From the NCBI GenBank assembly GCA_965226555.1, contig CBDDDG010000010.1, positions 416,001 through 480,000 of the forward strand: 64,000 bases of DNA, written 5' to 3'. Source of the DNA: Salinispira sp. (GTDB taxonomy: Bacteria; Spirochaetota; Spirochaetia; DSM-27196; Salinispiraceae). Within the stretch, counting starts at the first letter, position 1. Every line of letters begins with the position of its first letter. Of the stretch, positions 10,391-18,753 are shown piece by piece. The position numbers and the translations under genes are program-made. The notes beneath the pieces are model-generated. The model saw only the letters and a list, made by a program, of their open reading frames with translations, was not told where the DNA came from and searched no databases.

Positions 10391-11523
10391 GGAAGCATTT
10401 CCAGAGACCACAGTTTGGATATGGTCAGTTCGCTGTCATTGCGTACATCTTGTTGTCTGGTATAACTGGAAGGATCTCGGTCAAGCCATACCATGTTTTT
10501 AAGAGATATGGAATCCATTGCTTCAGGGTGATGCGATATGACTATGGACTGAGGCAGCTCGCTACCGGCCGCATCTTCCAACTCAAGAAACAGAGGTTTT
10601 ATTTCCTGGAGCATGAGAAAATTATCGGGTTCATCGAGCAACAGTAATCGCTCATTACTGTCGCCAAAAACGATATTAAACAGGACAATAACAAAGTTTT
10701 GCATTGGAAAATTGTGCTTGCACAATTTCCATGAGCAAAACTTTCTATAAAATAGGAGAATACTAAGCACAAAGAAAGCATTCCAGATCGGAAACTTTTG
10801 CTTTATGCAAAAGTTTCTAATTATGATTTGCCCGATCGATAGTTGATCACAATGAAATAAGAATGAGAATTCTTCATTTTTTTCTGAGCGAAATGAGGCT
10901 TTTAATTCACGATATTTTTCCCCGCCTGTTCCATGAAAATGAAGACCATTATACCCGGGAAGAATTTCTTGAATTCTTGTATCAACTTTTTCGTTTATAT
11001 TCTGGTAATTTGCAAGGAGGTTATTTCTATACCACGACGCAAAATTTTCTGCATGAGAATGTAAAAAAACAGATTCAGAAATGGAGCTGGGCACTATCTG
11101 CCATGGATCAGGACTGAGCGCAACTATTCCCTGCACCCACTTCCGAAAGAGTAAAAGAGATCTGTTGAATTCTTCTTTAAACTCCAAGGTAAAACCTGAA
11201 ATAGTCCAATTAAAGGGAAATGTGGGACCTTCCCTATATTCATGATTAGGTGTTTCTTCGGAAAACATATGCGCCTCGCCCATTTCTATTTTCAATATGG
11301 GCCGATCATTCAAAAGAAGTTCTTCCTTTTTTACGCGCGCTTTTTCAGTGCCGCGCTCATGTTCAATAATGAGCTTATACACATACCGAAATTCTTCAGC
11401 ATCATCTAACACTTCCAGTTCAAATGTTTGATCGCTGTGAGTCATGAACTTACTCATACATTTGTAGTTATCAATGTGAATTCGCCGTAACAAAAGGCGA
11501 GGCTTATCCGACTGCGCTACCAT
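10387..11523 (-). pseudogene. AAA_15/AAA_21-type ATPase with no Walker A and an in-frame repeat insertion
   Basis: RRIHIDNYK start, LSIGQ signature, LLLLDEPDN Walker B, ISHHP; no GxxGxGK(S/T); 43 extra codons at 10692-10820. Confidence 0.75.
10692..10817. mobile_element. 126-bp family P element with TAA duplication, in frame in the ATPase
   Basis: TAA at 10689-10691 and 10818-10820; shares modules with 14241-14370. Confidence 0.85.
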
Positions 11524-11539
11524 AGAGAAAAACATATCA

Positions 11540-11682
11540 TAAAGTTTTGCAAAATGCAAAAGTTTCTATTACAAAGTTTTGCCTGTGGCAAAACTTTCTA
11601 TACCTTGAGAGAATCAAGAATAGAGATGAGAGAATCCTCATTGGAAAATTTTGCAAAGCAAAAGTTTCTATTACAAAGTTTT
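11540..11682. mobile_element. Stacked family P elements (27 bp plus 97 bp)
   Basis: TATTA at 11567-11571 and 11669-11673 flanks 11572-11668; shares the CTATACCxTGAGAGAATCAAGAATAGAGATGAGAGAATCCTCATT spacer with 14427-14553. Confidence 0.8.
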
Positions 11683-11845
11683 TTCTTTGACACAGAAATT
11701 CAGCGCCTCCGCGGCGACCGTCTTCTCATTCCGGCTTCCCATTCCGGCAATTACCGACAGGCGCCATGCGCGCGCCGCCGCGGCGGCGATCGACTTCCCA
11801 TTCCGGCTTCCCAGAAGCTCTGCGCTATGGTATTGTGGGAATCTC

Positions 11846-13027
11846 ATGAATCGGGCAAAAGAACGCATTCTTTTTTTATACCTCGCAACGGGCGGCGGTC
11901 ATATTTCCACAGCGCGGGCTCTGGCTGCCGAATTCAACCGGCGCTATTCTCCTGAAGAAGTCGAAACCCATCTCCTCGACGGTATACCCCCGGGGGCAGC
12001 GCTATGGCGGGTACTCATTGAGGGCGGCTATCGTTTTTCCACGCTTGTTATTCCCGTATTCTGGAAAATTCTGTACCGAATAGGAACCATACCCATTTTC
12101 ATGCACGGTAATTCCCAGTCCATGATCCTCATTTCCTGCGCGCATATCCGGCGCTATATCCGAAAGCACAGAATAACCCGTATTGTGAACCTTCACTTTC
12201 TCATGAACACGCCTCTGTACCGGGCGCTGAGACAATTGGGCAGGCTCGATATGCCCGCGGTTACCGTTGTTTCAGATCCCTTTACCTGCCATCCCATCTG
12301 GTTTTTCCGCCAGTTTACCTCCCTCATTGTATTTTCAAAACGAATATGGAAACAGGCACTGGAATATCTGCCATGGTTTGGCGTTCCTTCCCGGCTTCTC
12401 CCGAGAGAGCGGGAGGTGCGAATTTTTCCTCCGGTTATCAATTCACAGTTTGATAAGCGCCTCAGCAGAGAAGATTGCCTGAAACTGAAACTGAAGCACG
12501 GATTTTCCCCGGAAAAACCCCTCATTCTCATCATCGGCGGGGGAGAAGGCCTTCCCGGAGGAGAGAGATGCCTGCGGGCAATACTCGCAGCAGCAGAAAC
12601 ACACATCCACGTTGCCTTCATCTGCGGAAGGAATGTCAGCCAGTATAAGCGGATACAGCACATTGCCGAAAATTACCCGCAAACAACTATAAAGGCATAC
12701 GGCTTTATCAATTTTGTATATGAACTTATGAACATGGCCGACATCATCCTCGCAAAGGCAGGCCCTGCAACCATTTTTGAAGCTCTCATGCTCGGCAAAC
12801 CCCTCATTATCACCAAGCGAATTTACGGTCAGGAACAAGGCAATGTGAATTTTGTCATCAACAGGGGCTACGGGTGGTATATCATCCGCCCGGGAAATCT
12901 CATGACGAAAATCCGTGAAATACTGACGAATCCTGAAATTACTCATCAGATTGTCTCACACATTACCGAGGGCAGTATCACTAACGGAACCTCGCGCATT
13001 GTCGACTATATAATCACATTATCCTGA
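11846..13027 (+). CDS. MGDG synthase / diacylglycerol glycosyltransferase (GT28, UgtP-like)
   Basis: ATGGGH, IGGGEG, CGRN, KAGPATIFEA, GQEQGN; the longer ORF start lies inside a repeat. Confidence 0.88.
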   Translation: MNRAKERILFLYLATGGGHISTARALAAEFNRRYSPEEVETHLLDGIPPGAALWRVLIEGGYRFSTLVIPVFWKILYRIGTIPIFMHGNSQSMILISCAHIRRYIRKHRITRIVNLHFLMNTPLYRALRQLGRLDMPAVTVVSDPFTCHPIWFFRQFTSLIVFSKRIWKQALEYLPWFGVPSRLLPREREVRIFPPVINSQFDKRLSREDCLKLKLKHGFSPEKPLILIIGGGEGLPGGERCLRAILAAAETHIHVAFICGRNVSQYKRIQHIAENYPQTTIKAYGFINFVYELMNMADIILAKAGPATIFEALMLGKPLIITKRIYGQEQGNVNFVINRGYGWYIIRPGNLMTKIREILTNPEITHQIVSHITEGSITNGTSRIVDYIITLS

Positions 13028-13248
13028 AATTGGGATGGGAGAGACACGGATACAATAACCGATATCTGATTGTCTTCAGACAGGGTTATTCAATCTATTT
13101 TATGGTGTTTGATGTGAAATGCAGGACTGCATTCACGTGTACATCAAATGAGAAAGTTTTGTAATTATTTTTGTTATTTTGAGATAGTGACCTGATCCCG
13201 CAGCATGGGTGAGCCGGATGCGTGGTCGAGCAGGCCGAGCAACGCCAA

Positions 13249-13488
13249 TTAATGCGATCCGTTCCGCACTGTCCGCATTTCCTCATCGCTCAGCCCGGTA
13301 ATTCTCTGAACAGCCTCTGTCGACAACCCTTCCAAAAACATACTGCGGGCGTTTTTTCTCCGCTCCTCAATATGCCCCTCCGCGCGACCTTTCAGAATAC
13401 CTTTCTCCATACCCTGTTCAAGTCCCTCAATCCGGCCCTTCGCAATGCCTTCCCTGACAAAGGCGTTGGTTATGTTATATGTCCGCAT
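13249..13488 (-). CDS. Predicted small intragenic product (RpnS-like antitoxin), 79 aa, intact
   Basis: GGAGGAG-AAAACAGT-ATG internal start; EGxxxG repeats and HTH-like tail. Confidence 0.6.
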   Translation of the reverse strand: MRTYNITNAFVREGIAKGRIEGLEQGMEKGILKGRAEGHIEERRKNARSMFLEGLSTEAVQRITGLSDEEMRTVRNGSH

Positions 13489-13561
13489 ACTGTTTTCTCC
13501 TCCAGGGAACAGTTCCCTGTTAATTTTCTCAAACTGTTCATACAGTCCCAGATCTTTTATA

Positions 13562-13762
13562 CCGAAAATTGTGCTCCGCACAATTTTCTAATCTGGATTC
13601 TCTCATCTCTATTCGTGATTCTCTCAAGATATAGAAAGTTTTGCCTTGGAAAATTGTGCTCTGCACAATTTTTCAATGAGGATTCTCTCATCTATACTCT
13701 TGATTCTCTCACGGTATAGAAAGTTTTGCCTCAGGCAAAACTTTGTTGTGGCAAAACTTTGG
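13562..13762. mobile_element. Family P insertion 1 in Rpn copy 1 (201 bp, TA duplication)
   Basis: Absent from the paralog; two tandem hairpin-spacer units plus terminal hairpins. Confidence 0.9.
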
Positions 13763-13860
13763 TATAACCCAGCACACTTTCTGCCAGATCAGTAAAGTCT
13801 TGTGAAGACAGACCGTTCAGGAGCTGCGCAATCTCTTTCAGCCCCTCAGCATCCATCTCA

Positions 13861-13960
13861 CTGAAAATTGTGCTCTGCACAATTTTCAAATGAGGATTCT
13901 CTCATCTATACTCTTGATTCTCTCACGGTATAGAAAGTTTTTCCTAAAGGAAAAACTTTG
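13861..13960. mobile_element. Family P insertion 2 (100 bp, TCA duplication)
   Basis: Absent from the paralog; TCA at 13858-13860 and 13961-13963. Confidence 0.9.
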
Positions 13961-14240
13961 TCATTATCTCGCATTATATACCACAACGCAGTTGATGTAT
14001 ATCGGTTTCCATCGGAGCGCAATGCCAACTGCTTCTTTGTCATTCTCCTCAGATCGCGCACAATGTACGACACTTTCACCTTGACATCTACCGTGCCTTC
14101 GATCATGGATTCGGAAGCAGCATTTCCATGAGAACTGTAAAATGTGAGGGGGAGGTTCCATTCCTTTTTTCCATGGTAGAGCAGCAGTATATAGATAGCA
14201 TCATTTTCATTGTACACATTGCTGTTTCTGAGGGCATGCT

Positions 14241-14370
14241 ACAGAAACTTTTGCATTGGAAAATTGTGCAAGCACAATTTCCAGTAGCAAAAGTTTCAAA
14301 TTCGGAATGCTTTCTTTGTGCTTAGCATTCTCCTATTTCATAGAAAGTTTTGCCTGTGGCAAAACTTTGT
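14241..14370. mobile_element. Family P insertion 3 (130 bp, 0-1 bp duplication)
   Basis: Paralog reads CATGCT-GATA contiguously at this point. Confidence 0.9.
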
Positions 14371-14426
14371 GATAATTATCAATCTGTGTGAGAGCATGTT
14401 TATTCAGGTAGCTTTTATGCTCAATA

Positions 14427-14553
14427 CAAAAGTTTTGCTACTGGAAATTGTGCTTGCACAATTTTCCAAGGCAAAACTTTCTATACCGTGAGAGAATCAA
14501 GAATAGAGATGAGAGAATCCTCATTTGAAAATTTTGCGGAGCAAAATTTTCAG
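14427..14553. mobile_element. Family P insertion 4 (127 bp, TA duplication, opposite orientation to 1 and 2)
   Basis: Absent from the paralog; lies just before the EHK catalytic motif codons. Confidence 0.9.
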
Positions 14554-15079
14554 TAATGAATAGAGCCTTCCGCTTGGGGTCTGACAGGAAGGGGGCGCTG
14601 ACAACGAGATCGCAGAGAAGGTTCTTTTTTCCCGCAATGTAGCTGGGGGTTTCAATGCGGATTTTGCCCAGATCCAGCTTGGCAAGCGTTGTATCCTCAC
14701 AGAACAGCCGCAGCAGGTCGAGAATCATCCGGGGGGTTCTGTAGTAGGCGATCTTGAAGGCTATGTCGTGGATGTGGCCTGTGCTGTGGGATGATTTTTT
14801 CATACATTTTCCTCCTACATCTGTGACGGGTAAAATGTCATTCTCGACTATGTATTTTGAAAGAATGTTGTGATTTTTTTCGGGGAGTCGGGAATGGGGG
14901 CTGGTATGCTCTGAGTCGATACTCTCCACGATCCCCGGAACAATGCTCCGCGCGAGGTTTTTGTTGAAGTATGAATATATGAAGTCCCAGAATATCTGAG
15001 CATTCCTGAAGGAACTGGTATGTGAGGTTGATCTGGATGTTGATGTTATCCGCTCTGCGCGCAGGCCGAGCAGCGATAA

Positions 15080-16093
15080 TTAATGCGATCCGTTCCGCAC
15101 TGTCCGCATTTCCTCATCGCTCAGCCCGGTAACATCCTGAATGTCATGAGCTAAAAATCCTTTGGAAAACATACTGCGAGCGTTTTTTCTCCGCTCCTTA
15201 ATATGCCCCTCAGCGCGACCTGCCTGAAGTCCTTCCTGTCGGCCCTTTGTGATACCCTGCTCAAGACCTTCAACACGGCCTTTCAGAATACCCTTCTCCA
15301 TACCTTCCCTGACGAAGGCGTTGGTTATGTTATATGTCCGCATACTGTTTTCTCCTCCAGGGAACAGTTCCCTGTCAATTTTCTCAAACTGTTCATACAG
15401 TCCCAAATCTTTTAGATAGCCTAGCACACTCTCTGCCAGATCAGTAAAGTCTTGTGATGACAGACCGTTCAGGAGCTGCGCAATTTCTTTCAGCCCCTCA
15501 GTGTCCATTTCATTATCTCGCATTATATACCATAACGCAGTCGATGTATATCGTTTTCCATCGAAACGCCATGCCAACTGCTCCTTTTTCATTCTACAAA
15601 GATCGCGCACAATGTACGACACTCTCGCCCTGACATCTACCGTGCCTTCAGTCATAGATTCGGAAGCTGGATTTCCATGCGAACTGTAAAATGTGAGTGG
15701 GAGGTTCCATTCCTTTTTTCCATGGTAGAGCAGCAGTATATAGATAGCATCATTTTCATTGTACACATTGCTGTTTCTGAGGGCATGCTGATAGTTATCA
15801 ATCTGTGTGAGAGCATGTTTATGCTGGTAGCTTTTGTGTTCAATAATGAATAGGGATTTCCGCTCGGGGTCTGACAGGAAGGGGGCGCTGACAACGAGAT
15901 CGCAGTGAAGGTTCTTTTTTCCTGCAATGTAGCTGGGGGTTTCAATGCGGATTTTGTCCATGTCCAGCTTGGCAAGCGTTGTATCCTCACAGAACAGGCG
16001 CAGCAGGTCGGGAATCAGCCGGGGGGTTCTGTAGTAGGCGATCTTGAAGGCTATGTCGTGGATGTGGCCTGTGCTGTGGGATGATTTTTTCAT
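15080..16093 (-). CDS. Rpn/YhgA-like recombination-promoting nuclease / putative transposase, copy 2 (intact, 337 aa)
   Basis: HDIAFK, CDLVV, IIEHKS, LLYHGKKEW; AGGAGG RBS before MKKSSH; internal RBS and ATG at 15343. Confidence 0.88.
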   Translation of the reverse strand: MKKSSHSTGHIHDIAFKIAYYRTPRLIPDLLRLFCEDTTLAKLDMDKIRIETPSYIAGKKNLHCDLVVSAPFLSDPERKSLFIIEHKSYQHKHALTQIDNYQHALRNSNVYNENDAIYILLLYHGKKEWNLPLTFYSSHGNPASESMTEGTVDVRARVSYIVRDLCRMKKEQLAWRFDGKRYTSTALWYIMRDNEMDTEGLKEIAQLLNGLSSQDFTDLAESVLGYLKDLGLYEQFEKIDRELFPGGENSMRTYNITNAFVREGMEKGILKGRVEGLEQGITKGRQEGLQAGRAEGHIKERRKNARSMFSKGFLAHDIQDVTGLSDEEMRTVRNGSH

Positions 16094-16314
16094 ACATTTT
16101 CCTCCTACATCTGTGACGGGTAAAATGTCATTTTTGACTATGTTTTTTGAAAGAATGTTGTGATTTTTTTCGGGGAGTCGGGAATGGGGGCTGGTATGCT
16201 CTGTGTTGATATACTTTTTGCTCATACTATATAGACGGGTAAAATATGAACGGTGAATATGAAAAATTTTTGTAATTATTTTTATTATTTTGAGATATTA
16301 CTATTGACCTGATC

Positions 16315-16410
16315 CGGACGCATAGGAGAGCAGGAGGCGCAAACCTCCGACCAGCCCCCGTCTCAGCAACAGTCGCATGGGCGAGCAGGCGCGGAGCGCG
16401 CCGACCAGCC
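16315..16410. repeat. GC-rich REP-like repeat (family G), two degenerate units
   Basis: CGCATGGGCGAGCAGGCGCG..GCGCCGACCAGCC matches 58794-58910. Confidence 0.7.
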
Positions 16411-16444
16411 TAGGAGACTCCGCTGCCGACCAGCCGTCTTATCG

Positions 16445-16480
16445 AAAAAAGGCAGGCACGGGAAAATCCGCGCCTACCTG
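16445..16480 (-). terminator. Intrinsic terminator of the FN3/BspA gene
   Basis: AGGTAGGCGCGG-ATTTTC-CCGTGCCTGCCT followed by a T run on the minus strand. Confidence 0.7.
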
Positions 16481-16529
16481 AGTTGAATTGCAACGTTTCA
16501 TTAGCCGCTGCGGGCTATGGGCTATGAAA

Positions 16530-18062
16530 CTAATACCATGACGGCACCAGACTACCTGTCACGCCGGAACCACCAAACACATTTTGTTTGCTTCCGGTAT
16601 ATTTGCCATTGGCATCAAGCGTCCAATGATCCTTCCACTCCTCAAGATTCTGATTGAATGCGAGTGCGATACGGAACATCTCGTCCATATTCGTTACCGA
16701 ACTGACATCCCAGCCGGAGATATCGCCATTGAACACACTTATTCCATAGAACATATAGCCCATATTCATTACCGAACTGACATCCCATCTTGAGACATCG
16801 CCATTGAATGCGTTTGTAGCACGGAACATTTCGTACATATTCGCTACCGAACTGACATCCCAGCCGGAGATATCGCCATTGAATGCGGTCTTACTCTTGA
16901 AAACAGTGGACATATCCGTTACCGCAGTGGTAATAATGTAGTTGAAATTGCCAGTATTTCCCCATGTTGATATCCCGTCAGTTACCGCTGTTTTCAGTAG
17001 AGCGTTAGTTGTTGGACTCACGGTAACATATAAATACTCGGCAAAGACTATGTCTCCGCTTCCGGTTTCACCATATACCACATATGTTCCTGCCGTTGTA
17101 CTCGCGGTAACCGTAACAATTCCGGTAGTCGTATCAACTGTCGGAATGGTGACCGTTCCGGGCGGAGTTGCGGGGGTTACCTTCAGGTCTCCTCCTTCAA
17201 TCGTGAGAGTGCCCGGTTCTACCGTGGTCAAAGAAACACTGAGGTTCTCATTGGCAATAATGGCAGTAACAATGGCATTGAAGGCATACGAAAGGGTAAT
17301 AGTCACTTCCTCCCCAGGAGTCTGTGTCACAGAATCTGTTGGTGTTTTCATTGCGATTTCCGACCAGTCGCCAGCGCCAACTGCATTGACGGCGCGTGTC
17401 TGTACTTGGTAGATGGCGCCGTTTATCAGGTCGCTAATGACGTGGCTTGTACTTGTACCGTCAATGCCTTCGGTAATAATTTCCCAGCTTCCGCTACCGT
17501 CTTCCCTATGGCGCAGGTGGTATGCGGTAATTTCGCTGCCGCCGTTATCGGTTGGCACAGTCCATGTGGCAACGAGCTGCTCAGGGCCCGCATAAAGGGT
17601 TGGAGTAGCCATTGTACCCGGCGCAGCGGGGGGCACCACAGTTGGTGGCGCAATAGGTGTTGCAGTGGAAGACGCTGACCAGCCACCGGTGCCCTGCGCG
17701 TTGACGGCGCGCACCTGCACAGCATAATTGACGCCGTTTGTTAGTCCGGTAATGGTATGACTTGCGCCGGTAATACCGGAGGTAATTTCCGTCCAGTTCT
17801 CGCTGCCGACTTCACCATAGCGCAGATTGTACGCGGTAATATCGTTTCCTGCGTTGTTCTCCCCCCAATTCCATGTAGTCGGATCGATCCACGATGCAGT
17901 AAGCTGTTCGCTCCCTTCTATGAGAGTTGGAGCATACATGGCAGGCGGCGCAGTCAGCATGGGGCATGCAGCGACGAGCACTGTCAGGATGACGATAAAA
18001 CCGCTCAGCACATAGGCGCTGACAGGCTTCTTGTTTTTTCGGTTAATGCGTAAAATTTGCAT
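16530..18062 (-). CDS. Surface lipoprotein with two fibronectin type III domains and C-terminal BspA/DUF285-type repeats
   Basis: Lipobox LVAAC; two FN3 units (W..ITAY..Y.VQVRAVN..G.G.WS); 25-aa repeats FNGDISGWDVSSVxNMxxMF; GGAGGT RBS. Confidence 0.85.
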   Translation of the reverse strand: MQILRINRKNKKPVSAYVLSGFIVILTVLVAACPMLTAPPAMYAPTLIEGSEQLTASWIDPTTWNWGENNAGNDITAYNLRYGEVGSENWTEITSGITGASHTITGLTNGVNYAVQVRAVNAQGTGGWSASSTATPIAPPTVVPPAAPGTMATPTLYAGPEQLVATWTVPTDNGGSEITAYHLRHREDGSGSWEIITEGIDGTSTSHVISDLINGAIYQVQTRAVNAVGAGDWSEIAMKTPTDSVTQTPGEEVTITLSYAFNAIVTAIIANENLSVSLTTVEPGTLTIEGGDLKVTPATPPGTVTIPTVDTTTGIVTVTASTTAGTYVVYGETGSGDIVFAEYLYVTVSPTTNALLKTAVTDGISTWGNTGNFNYIITTAVTDMSTVFKSKTAFNGDISGWDVSSVANMYEMFRATNAFNGDVSRWDVSSVMNMGYMFYGISVFNGDISGWDVSSVTNMDEMFRIALAFNQNLEEWKDHWTLDANGKYTGSKQNVFGGSGVTGSLVPSWY

Positions 18063-18619
18063 ATCTTACCTCCGTAAAGTTTTATTCACAGAAACTTTTG
18101 CATTGGAAAATTAATGCTTGAGCTGACCCTCCTCCCAGTGTGAAACGAAAGGTATTCGTATACACTGGGGCGAGGCGGATGACTCATGAAAATTGCCGGA
18201 CTTCTCACTGAGCCTGACTCACCGACCGCCCGGGCAGTATGAAAGCGGGGAGCGGAAGCTCGGCGTTGCTGTTCTTGCTACCTGCGGGCGCGGGCATTCG
18301 GCTCATCTGATATGGCGCGCGGTATTTCCCGAGAGAACCGTGTGCGCTCATCTTCTCTACAACGAATTTTCTTCAACAGAGGCGATAAGGGACGGAGCGC
18401 CCGCCTCCTCCTAGGAGAAACCGATGTTCACCAGCTCACCGATGCCCTAGTCGATGCCCTCTCATCAGCGCATCCCCCAGCAAAAACCACATCAAAAAAC
18501 GCAAAGACGGCAACATCGGATCATGCAATAGTAACTGCCAATTTTGAATATGCGTGGGCTTAGCGGGGCTGACGATTATACATTAGGGCAGAACTTCCCG
18601 GAACCAAAAACAATATGTT

Positions 18620-18724
18620 TGAAATTTTTGCATTTTGCAGAAATTTTTTGCATTTTGCAAAACTTTCGAGTATACTTTTATATCTGGTAAACATTTTTGC
18701 ATAAATAAAATTTTGCAAAGCTTT
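18620..18724. repeat. Degenerate family P cluster
   Basis: AAATTTTTGCATTTTGCA repeated, ending GCAAAACTTTC. Confidence 0.65.
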
Positions 18725-18753
18725 ACGGTAAAAAAAATATGGAGGTGAGTACC

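Larger units (their letters stand above)
13249..14803 (-). pseudogene. Rpn/YhgA-like PD-(D/E)XK nuclease, copy 1, interrupted by four palindromic insertions
   Basis: Collinear with 15080-16093; removing 565 bp of inserts restores a 990-nt open frame (329 aa). Confidence 0.92.

Noticed and set aside
11554..11955. ORFs 11554-11955, 13890-14084, 14128-14325, 18583-18885, 42835-43108 and 63599-63925 sharing RKFC/QKFL-like peptides
   Set aside because: The shared peptides are translations of the palindromic repeat, not a protein family.
13188..13200. TGACCTGATCC resembling an IS3-family end
   Set aside because: Both copies are in direct orientation and no transposase is present.
13562..14553. 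Family P copies as CRISPR repeats separated by spacers
   Set aside because: The intervening DNA is collinear Rpn coding sequence, and the repeats vary in length and orientation.
16094..16225. N-terminal extensions of the Rpn ORFs in the ORF track
   Set aside because: A strong AGGAGG RBS precedes MKKS in all copies, so the upstream in-frame stretch is probably untranslated.
16670..16900. 75-bp repeats as a DGR template/variable repeat pair
   Set aside because: They are ordinary coding BspA/DUF285 repeats, differences are not confined to adenines, and no reverse transcriptase is present.
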